NCBI GenBank assembly: GCA_050250895.1
Contig: JBFWNU010000003.1
Coordinates: forward strand, 618,852 to 676,381
DNA: 57,530 bases
Source: Vulcanimicrobiota bacterium
GTDB taxonomy: Bacteria > Vulcanimicrobiota > Xenobia > Xenobiales > JADMJV01
Direction: 5' to 3'
The notes under the pieces were generated by a model. That model was given only the letters and a program-made list of their open reading frames with translations. It did not search any database and was not told the DNA's origin. Position numbers and translations under genes: made by a program. This document shows, one piece after another, positions 8,806 through 17,902 of this stretch; position 1 is the stretch's first letter; each line of letters begins with the position of its first letter.

Positions 8806-9851
8806 GCATCTTAGAGCACGAAGGACGCTACACGCCCGAGCAAGCCCTGCAGCTTTTCGAGGCCGACCTGCTCGAGCTGGGCCAGAAGGCCGACGCCCTG
8901 CGGCGCAAGCTGCACCCGGAGGGTTATGTGACCTTCATCCGCGACCGCATCATCAACTACACCAACGTTTGCATCACTTATTGCAAGTTCTGCGCCTTCT
9001 ATCGCCCCCCCGGCCACGAAGAGGCCTATGTGCGTCCCAAAGAAGAGATCTTCAAGAAGATCGAAGAAATGCTGCGCCTGGGGGGCACCACCGTGATGCT
9101 CCAGGGCGGCCACAATCCCGATCTGAACATCGATTATTACGAAGACCTTTTCTCGTCCATCAAAGAGCGTTACGACGTCTATCTCCACTCGTTGACCGCC
9201 TCGGAGGTGGACCACATCGCCCAGGTTTCTGGGCTGACTTTAGAAGAGACCCTCAAACGCCTGCACCAGGCCGGCCTCGATTCGCTGCCCGGTGGCGGGG
9301 CCGAGATGCTGGTCGACGAGATCCGCGACAAGGTGGCTCCCCTCAAGTGCAGCGCCGACCGCTGGTTCGAAGTGCACGAGACGGCCCACAACATCGGCAT
9401 GGAGTCGACCGCCACGATGGTCTTTGGCTTTGGCGAGACCAACCGTCATCGCATCGAGCACCTCGAGCGCCTGCGCCAGCTGCAGGACCGCACCGGCGGC
9501 TTTCGCTCGTTCATCCACTGGAGCCTGACTCCCGGCAACTCGGGCATGATGCGCACGGTGCCGCCGGCCGGCTGGGAGTATCTGCGCCTGCTGGCCATCG
9601 CTCGCCTCTATCTCGACAACTTCCCCCATGTGCACGCCGGTTGGGTGACCGAAGGGGCCAAGCTGGCTCAGCTGGCCCTCAACTTTGGAGCCAGCGACCT
9701 CGGTAGCGTCCTGATGGAAGAGCTGGTCATCTCAGCCACGGGTGTGGCCTATGCTTACACGGCCGACCAGATCGCCCACATGATCAAGGCGGCCGGCCGG
9801 GTTCCGGCGGTGCGCAACTCTTGCTACGAGATCCTGGAAGTTTGCGCCTAG
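8802..9851 (+). CDS. mqnC: Cyclic dehypoxanthine futalosine synthase (radical SAM)
   Basis: INYTNVCITYCKFCAF (CxxxCxxC), LQGG.NP, SLPGGGAE, WVTEG..FGASDLGSVLMEE. Confidence 0.9.
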   Translation: MSILEHEGRYTPEQALQLFEADLLELGQKADALRRKLHPEGYVTFIRDRIINYTNVCITYCKFCAFYRPPGHEEAYVRPKEEIFKKIEEMLRLGGTTVMLQGGHNPDLNIDYYEDLFSSIKERYDVYLHSLTASEVDHIAQVSGLTLEETLKRLHQAGLDSLPGGGAEMLVDEIRDKVAPLKCSADRWFEVHETAHNIGMESTATMVFGFGETNRHRIEHLERLRQLQDRTGGFRSFIHWSLTPGNSGMMRTVPPAGWEYLRLLAIARLYLDNFPHVHAGWVTEGAKLAQLALNFGASDLGSVLMEELVISATGVAYAYTADQIAHMIKAAGRVPAVRNSCYEILEVCA

Positions 9852-10537
9852 ACACCGCCGACCGTGGGCCTGTGGTCCGCGAGATGTTCAATCGCATCTG
9901 CTCGCGCTACGACCTCAACAATCGGGTCCTGTCGCTGGGGCTGGATCGCTATTGGCGCTGGCGGGCCGTGCGCCTGCTCGGCTTGCGCCGGGGCGACTCG
10001 GTGGTCGACATCTGCTGCGGTACCGGAGACCTGTGCAGGGCCTTGCACAAAGCGGTCTCGCCGGGCCAGGTCGTGGGGGTCGACTTCGCGGGCGAGATGC
10101 TGGCCATCGCCCGCCAGAAGTTTCCCGAGTTCCACTACCTCGAGGCCGACGCCCTGAACGTGCCCCTCGAGGGCGGATTCAAGGCGGCCACCATCGCCTT
10201 TGGCCCGCGTAATATTCCCAACCTCAACGGGCTTTGGACCGAGATGCAGCGGCTGGTAGTGCCGGGCGGCCAGGTGCTCTCGCTCGAGCTGACCCGGCCC
10301 AAGGGGCTGTTGGGCAAGCTGCACAGCTTTTATCTGGGGGTGGTGGTTCCGCGTCTGGGCGGCTGGCTGTCGGGTGACCCCGACGCTTACGCCTATTTGA
10401 GCAAGACCATCGCCGGCTTCATCTCGTCCGAGGCCCTGGTCGAGTCCATGCAGGCCGCCGGCCTGACCGACGTGCGGGCCGTGCCCCTGTGCGGCGGCAT
10501 CGTCACCGTTCACATCGGCAAGCGGCCCGCTGGTTGA
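9842..10537 (+). CDS. menG: Demethylmenaquinone methyltransferase (UbiE/MenG)
   Basis: VREMFNRI..RYDLNNRVLSLGLD..WR, DICCGTGD, AYAYL. Start at TTG 9842 is uncertain. Confidence 0.9.
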   Translation: MRLDTADRGPVVREMFNRICSRYDLNNRVLSLGLDRYWRWRAVRLLGLRRGDSVVDICCGTGDLCRALHKAVSPGQVVGVDFAGEMLAIARQKFPEFHYLEADALNVPLEGGFKAATIAFGPRNIPNLNGLWTEMQRLVVPGGQVLSLELTRPKGLLGKLHSFYLGVVVPRLGGWLSGDPDAYAYLSKTIAGFISSEALVESMQAAGLTDVRAVPLCGGIVTVHIGKRPAG

Positions 10538-10667
10538 AATAATCTTACGAGGGAACGTTCCCGAGCTCCACTCAGGCCAGGGCCTGGGCGGCATATGCCG
10601 CGGGAAGGACCATTCGTATACGACCAATGGGAGGAATACGAGTCGCGACCTGCAAGTTCAATAGGCC

Positions 10668-12593
10668 ATGCTTCGTCAGATACTCTGTCTTCTTTTTGCA
10701 CTTTTTTTAGTCGGATGTGGAGGTGGAGGTTCTGCCACCGGGGGTGACTCTGCCGGGCGCTCCACTCCAGCCGGCGGATTCGATGTGTTGATCCGGGTGG
10801 CCAACCCCTCCCCCAGAGAGGTCCTGGCCCAGACCCTGGGGATCGACCGGGTCCGCGCCACGCTGCTCATCGGCGACACCATTGTCTATCAAGTCGACCG
10901 TCCCGTGAACCCGGGCGAAACTGCGGTCCGCATCACTTTCCCCTCGGCGGGGCTTGGCACGTTCACCCTGCGGGCCGAGGGCTTTTCCGGTTCTCAACTG
11001 ATAGCTTCGGACCAGCGGCTCTTCTCGGTGGGCTCGTCACTTGTTCTCACCGTCACCCTCGAGCTTGACCCGTCAGGGCTCTTGATCACTCCAGCCACTT
11101 TCAGTCTCAATCCCGGCGGAACTCGGCAGCTCACGGCCAGTCGCGGGCAGACCCCGGTGACGGCTGCCTGGGACAGCGACACTCCCAATGTCGCCAGCGT
11201 CGACGGTAACGGACTGGTAACCGCGCATGCCACCGGCATGGCCACCATCACCGCCACCGAGGGCGAGGACATGGCCACGGCCGTGGTGACGGTGACCACC
11301 TCGGCGGTCATCGACCACCTGGCCGTCAGCCCTAGCAGTTTCACCCTGACCCTGGGTGATACTCAGCAGTTGACGGCCACCCTCTTCTATAGCGACGAAA
11401 GCAGTGAGGATGTCACCAATCAGGTCAGCTGGATGTCTCTTAATCCCACTGCCGCCATGGTGAGTCCTACCGGCCTGGTCTCGACCGTCGAGGGCGGTAT
11501 GGCCGATATTCAAGCCACGCTCGGCGACCAGCAGGCGATGGCCACGGTCAACGTGATCGACCCCAACAGCCCGCTCGCCTATCTGCTGGTGACCAACCCT
11601 ACGCCCAACGGCGGGGGAGGCGCCATCACCTCCTTTGAGGTCGCTCAAGACGGCACTTTGAGCGTGGTCCAGAACCAGTCCAATTCGGGCCGCCCCTTCG
11701 GCATCGCCGCCACCAGCGACGGTGGGTTCGTCTACACGATGACGGCCTCCGCTCGCGACATTTCGACCTTTAGCTTCGACCGTAACAGTGGCATGCTCAC
11801 CCCGGTCGGCTCGCCCCTGGCTTCCCATATCGGCGATTCTCCTCGGCGCCTCATCGTCGACCCGACCGACCAGTTCATCTACTTTTCGAACTTCTTTAGC
11901 GGCGTCGGCGGGTTCACCATCAACCCTGACGGAACACCGAGCGCCAACAACTTTGCGGCCATCTCTCAGGGAGCCAGTCGGGGCGGGTTCGACTTCACCT
12001 TCAACCAGAGCGGCGACGTCATGTATGCGCCCAATGGTGATGTCGACTCGATCACCGTCTTTGACGTGAACCAGACCACCGGAACGCTATCGTTTCTGAA
12101 CTCTGAAACCCCCCACTTTCCGGTCGACGCCGGCGACCTGAACCCGGCCGAAGCCGTCTTGAGCCGTGACGGCAATTTTCTCTTCGTGGCCAACTTTGAT
12201 AGTGACAATGTTCGCAGCTATCCCATCGGGAGCATGGGCGAGTTGATGAACGGCGGCAACACCGCGGCTACCGACCCTGAACCCAGGCGGTTGGCCCTCC
12301 ATCCCGGGCTTGATGTGCTTTATGTGGCGACCAGCATGGGCTCGATTCAGTCGTTCACCGTCGCCGCCGGCGGACAACTCACCCCGCTCGGGACGTCGCT
12401 TACCATCAACACTAGCCCTCGCAAGATCTTGATCGATCCCAGCGGGCAGTTTCTCTACACGGTGGCTAGCAACGACACCATCGACGCCTTTTCGATCAGC
12501 GCCACCGGCGAGCTGACCTTCTTGCAGACCTACAACTTCAACGAGCTGTCGTTCCCCAGCGACGCCATCCTCATCCCCTATAACAACGCCTAG
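10668..12593 (+). CDS. Lipoprotein with two Ig-like (Big_2) domains and a lactonase-type beta-propeller
   Basis: Lipobox LVGC; WDSDTPNVASVDGNGLVTA and WMSLNPTAAMVSPTGLV Big_2 motifs; repeated DPSGQFLY-type blades. Confidence 0.85.
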   Translation: MLRQILCLLFALFLVGCGGGGSATGGDSAGRSTPAGGFDVLIRVANPSPREVLAQTLGIDRVRATLLIGDTIVYQVDRPVNPGETAVRITFPSAGLGTFTLRAEGFSGSQLIASDQRLFSVGSSLVLTVTLELDPSGLLITPATFSLNPGGTRQLTASRGQTPVTAAWDSDTPNVASVDGNGLVTAHATGMATITATEGEDMATAVVTVTTSAVIDHLAVSPSSFTLTLGDTQQLTATLFYSDESSEDVTNQVSWMSLNPTAAMVSPTGLVSTVEGGMADIQATLGDQQAMATVNVIDPNSPLAYLLVTNPTPNGGGGAITSFEVAQDGTLSVVQNQSNSGRPFGIAATSDGGFVYTMTASARDISTFSFDRNSGMLTPVGSPLASHIGDSPRRLIVDPTDQFIYFSNFFSGVGGFTINPDGTPSANNFAAISQGASRGGFDFTFNQSGDVMYAPNGDVDSITVFDVNQTTGTLSFLNSETPHFPVDAGDLNPAEAVLSRDGNFLFVANFDSDNVRSYPIGSMGELMNGGNTAATDPEPRRLALHPGLDVLYVATSMGSIQSFTVAAGGQLTPLGTSLTINTSPRKILIDPSGQFLYTVASNDTIDAFSISATGELTFLQTYNFNELSFPSDAILIPYNNA

Positions 12594-12688
12594 TTTCTTC
12601 TCGGCCGCAGGCGCCCCGGCAGGTGAGGCGAAATCCCACCTCGAGAGGCTGTGAACACTTGGCAACCACATTCTGCGAGCAACAAACC

Positions 12689-13804
12689 ATGACCCATCCG
12701 GTCAGCCACTACTGCTCTTTGACCCAACCCCTGGTGGTGGGTCTGATCTCGGGCACTTCGGCCGACGGAATCGACGCCGTGCTGGTGCGATTCGAGCGCG
12801 ACCGCTCCGGGGTCGAGGTGCTGGCCTTCGAGTCGCATCCCTATCCGGCCGAGGTGCGCCAGCAACTCTTCGACTTTTTCGAAGACAAGGGCACCATTCG
12901 CCAGCTGGCCGTGCTCAACACTCGCCTGGGTGACCTTTTTGCCGAGGCGGCGCTGTCGGTGATGGGGCCTCGCGGGGCCGACTTGATCGCTTCGCACGGT
13001 CAGACCATCGCTCACTTGCCCGAAGCCGAGACCACTCTGCAACTGGCCGAGTCGGCCCGCATCGCCAAGAAGACAGGCATCCTGACGGTGGCCGATTTTC
13101 GCCCCGCCGACATGGCCGAGGGCGGCCAGGGAGCCCCCCTGGTGCCGTTTTTCGACCGCTGGTTGCTCCACTCCGAGCAGGTCGACCGGGTGGCCCTTAA
13201 CATCGGCGGCATCGCCAACATCACCTGGATCCCTCGCCAGGGTGAGGTGTTCGGCTGCGACACCGGCCCGGGCAACAGCCTCAGCGACGCCCTGGTCGAG
13301 CTGCACAACGGAGCCAGCTACGATGCTGGCGGAGAGCTTGCCCGTCAGGGACGCGTGCTGCCCGAGTTGCTCGAAGAACTCCTGGCCATGCCTTATTTTC
13401 ATCAGCGCGGCCAGAAGTCGACCGGTCGCGAACTGTTCGGCCGCCCTCTGGCCCGCCAGCTGTGGGGTAGGGGAGAACCGGCTGACCTGGTCCGCACGGC
13501 CTGTGCACTGACGGCCGAGTCGGTGTGGCGGCACGTCCAACCCCTGCTCAACGGCTCGCCCCTCGAGGTGGTCATGGCCGGCGGCGGCACCGAGAACCCG
13601 GTCTTGATGGAAGAACTCCAATCTCGCTTGCCGGCCCAGGCCAGGCTGCGTCGCTTTGAAGACTTCGGCGTGCCCGCCGGAGCCCGCGAAGCGGTGGCCT
13701 TCGCCCTGCTCGGACACCGAGCCGTGCACGCTCAAGACGGGTCGGTTCCCGGCGCCACCGGCGCCCGCCGCCCCTCGGTCTTGGGGAAACTCGTCTTGCC
13801 CTAG
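12689..13804 (+). CDS. anmK: Anhydro-N-acetylmuramic acid kinase
   Basis: GLISGTSADGID, SHGQT, DFRPADMAEGGQGAPL, NIGGIAN, DTGPGN, KSTGRE, EAVAFA. Confidence 0.95.
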   Translation: MTHPVSHYCSLTQPLVVGLISGTSADGIDAVLVRFERDRSGVEVLAFESHPYPAEVRQQLFDFFEDKGTIRQLAVLNTRLGDLFAEAALSVMGPRGADLIASHGQTIAHLPEAETTLQLAESARIAKKTGILTVADFRPADMAEGGQGAPLVPFFDRWLLHSEQVDRVALNIGGIANITWIPRQGEVFGCDTGPGNSLSDALVELHNGASYDAGGELARQGRVLPELLEELLAMPYFHQRGQKSTGRELFGRPLARQLWGRGEPADLVRTACALTAESVWRHVQPLLNGSPLEVVMAGGGTENPVLMEELQSRLPAQARLRRFEDFGVPAGAREAVAFALLGHRAVHAQDGSVPGATGARRPSVLGKLVLP

Positions 13805-14919
13805 TGAAAACGACCTGGCTGCTCATTTTGCTGCTGTTGGTGGGGGCCGGCGCCGATGAGCGACCGCGCGCTCGCGAGCTTGGCCTCAAGCCCGGCCTTT
13901 ATCAGCCGGGCCCCAATAACGCCATTACCGACGTGGCCGGTGTGCTGGTGGGTCAGGTCACGCTGGTGCGCGGAGAGGGCAAACTGGTTCCCGGTCAGGG
14001 CCCGGTGCGCACCGGAGTGACGGCCATCTTGCCCTGCGCTGACCCCTGGACCAGGCGCTTTGCGGCCGGCACCTTCATCCTCAATGGCAACGGCGAGATG
14101 ACGGGCCTGGCCTACCTCGACGATATGGCCTGGCTCGAGACACCCATCTTGCTGACCAACACCCTCAACGTGGGCAAGGTGGCCGATGCCTGCATCGAAT
14201 GGCTCATCGAGCACCACCCCGAGATCGGGGTGGAGGATGACGTGCCCATTCCGGTGGTGGCCGAGTGTGACGACAGCACCCTCAACGACATCCAGGGCCG
14301 CCACGTGGGCCCTGCCGAGGTCAAACTGGCTCTCGACGGCGCCCGCTCGGGCCCGGTCCAGGAGGGAGCCTGCGGCGGCGGCACTGGCATGATCGCCTAC
14401 GGCTACAAAGCCGGCACCGGCACCTCGTCGCGGGTGACCCCGGGCGGCTATACGGTGGGCGTGCTGGTACAGGCCAACATGGGCGACCGGGAAGAGTTCA
14501 CCGTGCTGGGCCGGCCGGTGGGCAAGCTGCTCGAAGGCGAGCCCATCGCCCGCCGTACCGAGGGTTCGATCGTGTTCGTGGTGGCCACCGACGCCCCCCT
14601 CAACGCCAGCCAGTTGCGCCGCCTGGCCCGCCACACCGCCCACGGCCTGGCCCGCACCGGAGCTATCACCCACAACGGCAGCGGCGATCTGGCCATCGCC
14701 TTCTCGACGCGCAACGCCATCACCCGCAATCAAGAATCGGGCGAGCTGCCCATGGTCGGGCTGAGCAACGCCTCGCTCAACCCGCTCTATCAGGCCACCG
14801 TCGAGGCCACCGAAGAGGCCATCCTCAACGCCCTGTGCAAAGCCCAGACCACCACCGGCCGTGACGGGGTGGTGGCCCCGGCCGTGCCCCTCGAACGCCT
14901 GCGAGCCCTGCTGCCTTGA
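13804..14919 (+). CDS. Secreted DmpA/P1-family (S58) aminopeptidase
   Basis: Signal peptide; NAITDVAGVLVG, NGNGE, PVVAECDD, GGGTGM, autoproteolysis site NGSGD. Confidence 0.9.
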   Translation: MKTTWLLILLLLVGAGADERPRARELGLKPGLYQPGPNNAITDVAGVLVGQVTLVRGEGKLVPGQGPVRTGVTAILPCADPWTRRFAAGTFILNGNGEMTGLAYLDDMAWLETPILLTNTLNVGKVADACIEWLIEHHPEIGVEDDVPIPVVAECDDSTLNDIQGRHVGPAEVKLALDGARSGPVQEGACGGGTGMIAYGYKAGTGTSSRVTPGGYTVGVLVQANMGDREEFTVLGRPVGKLLEGEPIARRTEGSIVFVVATDAPLNASQLRRLARHTAHGLARTGAITHNGSGDLAIAFSTRNAITRNQESGELPMVGLSNASLNPLYQATVEATEEAILNALCKAQTTTGRDGVVAPAVPLERLRALLP

Positions 14920-16226
14920 CCGAGGACAAACGGCGCCTGGGTCCCCTCGACGCCACCGCCGTCATCGTCGGCATCATCATCGGTTCGGGCATCTTTCTGG
15001 TGCCCGCCGACATCGCCCGCCAGGTCAAATCGCCCAGCTTGATCCTGGGCGTCTGGCTGGTGGGCGGCTTGCTCAGTCTGCTGGGCGGGCTGGTCTATGC
15101 CGAACTCGGCTCGCGCCGCCCCGAAGCCGGCGGCCAATACGTCTACCTCCGCGACGCCTACGGCCCGGCCTGCGGCTTCATGTTCAGCTGGGTGCTCTTT
15201 CTGGTCATCCAGACCGGCTCGATCGCGGCGGTGGCCGTGGCCTTCATCCAATACCTCGGCTACTTCGTGCCCATCCACGGCCCCTGGATCAAGCTGCTGG
15301 CCGTGCTCACCATCCTGGCCCTGTCTCACCTCAACGCGGTCAGCCTGCGCTCGGGGGTGACCGTGCAGAACCTGTTCTGCGGCCTCAAGCTGCTGGCTCT
15401 CTTCGGACTCATTGCCGGCGGCCTGGCTACCGGCCACGCCGATCCCAGCCACCTGCGCGGAGTCGCACCCACCGCCAATCTCTCCACCCTCTCGGCGGTA
15501 GGGCTGGCCCTCATCGGCGTGCTCTGGTCATTTGACGGCTGGAACTGCCTGAGCTTCGTGTCGGGCGAAGTGAAAGACCCCAATCGCTCGCTGCCCCTGG
15601 CTCTGGTGGGAGGCATCACGGTGGTGACTATCGTCTATGGCCTGGCCAATCTAACCTATCTGATGGTGCTGGGCGCCGAGGGAATGGCCAACGCCCCTGA
15701 CGGCCGGGTAGCCTCGGAGGCGGCTCGCCTTTTCGCCGGCCCCACCGGGGCGGCTTGCATCGCGGCCGGCATCACGGTGTCGACCTTCGGCTGTCTCAAC
15801 GGCATGATTATGGCTGCCCCCTGGGTCTATTTCGCGGTGGCCCGCGACGGCCTGTTCTTCGCCTCGTTCGGACGCTTCAACGAAGAAACTCAGACGCCCT
15901 CGACGGCCATTTACGCCCAGGCGGTGTGGGCCAGTCTGCTGGCCCTCTCGGGCAGCTACGACCAGCTCTTCACTTACGTGATTTTCGTGTCCTGGATCTT
16001 CTACGTGCTGGCCATCACGGCCGTCTACATCTTCCGCCACCGCGAGGGACCGCCGGCCGAGGGACAGTACCGCACCTGGGGCTATCCTCTGACGCCCGCA
16101 CTCTTCCTGCTAGCCGCTTTCGGCATGCTTATCAACACGGTCTACACTCAACCGGGGCCGGCCCTGGCCGGATTATTCATCACGGCCCTGGGCCTGCCGG
16201 TCTACGCTCGGTTTAGACGTCGATGA
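14916..16226 (+). CDS. APC-family amino acid permease
   Basis: IIGSGIF, YAELG..PEAGGQYVYL, SFDGW..GEVKDP; about 12 TM segments. Confidence 0.92.
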   Translation: MTEDKRRLGPLDATAVIVGIIIGSGIFLVPADIARQVKSPSLILGVWLVGGLLSLLGGLVYAELGSRRPEAGGQYVYLRDAYGPACGFMFSWVLFLVIQTGSIAAVAVAFIQYLGYFVPIHGPWIKLLAVLTILALSHLNAVSLRSGVTVQNLFCGLKLLALFGLIAGGLATGHADPSHLRGVAPTANLSTLSAVGLALIGVLWSFDGWNCLSFVSGEVKDPNRSLPLALVGGITVVTIVYGLANLTYLMVLGAEGMANAPDGRVASEAARLFAGPTGAACIAAGITVSTFGCLNGMIMAAPWVYFAVARDGLFFASFGRFNEETQTPSTAIYAQAVWASLLALSGSYDQLFTYVIFVSWIFYVLAITAVYIFRHREGPPAEGQYRTWGYPLTPALFLLAAFGMLINTVYTQPGPALAGLFITALGLPVYARFRRR

Positions 16227-17178
16227 CCTGCAGCGAGTAGCGGTCGTCGCCCTCTTTGCTCCAGTCCAGGCAGTAAAAGGCCAGGCTGTTGCCGTCGGGC
16301 GACCAGGCGGGAGCGTGCTCGTCGCCGCGCAGATGACTGACCCGCTCGATGTTCTTGCCGTTGGCGTCCATCACGAACAGGTCGAAGTCGCCCCCGTCCT
16401 TGTTCGAGACAAAGGCGATGCGGCTGCCGTCGGGCGACCACACGGCATCGAGGTTGCGGCGCGGCAACTCGACCAGCAGCTTGTCCTTGCCGGTGAGCGG
16501 ATCCACGGTCCACAGATCTACCTTGGGAAAGCGCGGGTCGTGACGCTCGAACAGCACTTTCTTGCCATCGGGCGACCACTCGGGATTGCGGTCTTTGTAG
16601 AATCCCTCACCGTTGGTCAACATCCGGTCTTTCTTGCCGGTGAAGTCCGAGATGCGGAGCTGCGGGCCTTCGTCGCCCCAGTGGTCATAGACGACCTGCT
16701 CGCCTTTGGGATCCCAGCAGAAGTCCGACTGCAAAATGCCATCGGGCGAAAGCCAGACCTCGTTCTTGCCCTCGGCATCGATGACGGCCACGTGGTCTTG
16801 ATCCTTCTTGTGAGTCTGAAAGACCAGCCGCGTGCCCTGGGCGTTCCACTCGGGCTCCCAGGCATCTTCGCTCAACTCCTTAGCGTTGGCTCCGTCGGGG
16901 TCGCTGACATAGACACCCCAGCGCGGCAACTCTTGCCCTTCGGGGGTGGTGTAAGCGGCGTAAGCGATCTTCTGCCCGTCGGGGCTCCAGTCCGGGGTAG
17001 CCACCCAGCTGGCCTCGGGGGCCAGTTGCGATTCGACCTGCAGACTATCTCGGTCGACGATGACCGTCTTGCGGCCCAACTCGGCGGCAATGCGCTTGCC
17101 ATCGGGTGACCAGCTGGGACGGCCACTGGTGTTCTCGTAACTGCGAGGCTGAGCGGCCGGACGAGAGGATACCATCAT
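16213..17178 (-). CDS. TolB-like PD40 repeat beta-propeller protein
   Basis: Repeated PxWSPDG motifs; SD GGAG before ATG 17178; no Sec signal. Confidence 0.88.
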   Translation of the reverse strand: MMVSSRPAAQPRSYENTSGRPSWSPDGKRIAAELGRKTVIVDRDSLQVESQLAPEASWVATPDWSPDGQKIAYAAYTTPEGQELPRWGVYVSDPDGANAKELSEDAWEPEWNAQGTRLVFQTHKKDQDHVAVIDAEGKNEVWLSPDGILQSDFCWDPKGEQVVYDHWGDEGPQLRISDFTGKKDRMLTNGEGFYKDRNPEWSPDGKKVLFERHDPRFPKVDLWTVDPLTGKDKLLVELPRRNLDAVWSPDGSRIAFVSNKDGGDFDLFVMDANGKNIERVSHLRGDEHAPAWSPDGNSLAFYCLDWSKEGDDRYSLQVIDV

Positions 17179-17265
17179 GACGTACTCCAAAATCGGATCT
17201 ACGTGAGTGGCGGGGGACCTCGGCCAGCCTAGTCGCTCTCCTTTGCCGGCAGGTGCACCGGCATG

Positions 17266-17742
17266 TTAACACTCGGCCGTTTGGCCGGGCATTCTCTCGA
17301 GCTGCCAGGGGAAAAAGCGCATTGGATAGGCCGTGCCGGTTCCTTCCACGGTCACGCACAATCTCCCGTGGCGGCGGACCTGGCTGAAGAATGGCTGCCA
17401 CTCGGGACCGCACAAGAGCACGCTTTCCGGAACACTACCTTCCCAGCCCTCGTCGAAGCCCAGTTCTTTGCGGACCGCCTCGGCTTCACTGGCAGGCTCG
17501 TAGTAACACGGGATGGCCCAGCCCTGGCCGGGGCCGTCGGCAAGCCGGTAGGAGTTGAGCCCGAGCACCATCTGCTCGTCGACTATCTTGAAGTGGGGCC
17601 ACAGTCCCACCTCGGTCGAAAACTCAAAAGTGCCGGCCGGCAGGCGCAGCAAGGGCAATTCCTCCTCGCCTGCCTGGATGTTCGAGCCCCACTCCAGGGG
17701 AGCTTTTCCATAAAGGGCTTCAATGCGCTCAACTAACTGCAT
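17266..17742 (-). CDS. Hypothetical protein
   Basis: Protein-like composition from ATG 17742; no recognised motif. Confidence 0.55.
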   Translation of the reverse strand: MQLVERIEALYGKAPLEWGSNIQAGEEELPLLRLPAGTFEFSTEVGLWPHFKIVDEQMVLGLNSYRLADGPGQGWAIPCYYEPASEAEAVRKELGFDEGWEGSVPESVLLCGPEWQPFFSQVRRHGRLCVTVEGTGTAYPMRFFPWQLERMPGQTAEC

Positions 17743-17902
17743 AATCCCAGTTTCGCCGATCACGGCCCCAAATGTCGGTGACATTTTCCCATTGTTAACC
17801 CGGCCGGCGGGGCCTGTAACCTAACGTTAAAACCACCCGGGTGTCCAGAGGCTACAATGCTCTCGGTCCACGCCGCTCTTATACATACACACAGGAGCCA
17901 GC

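Noticed and set aside
16213-17178. Calling this gene tolB
   Set aside because: It has only PD40 repeats, with no TolB N-terminal domain, signal peptide or tol-pal context.
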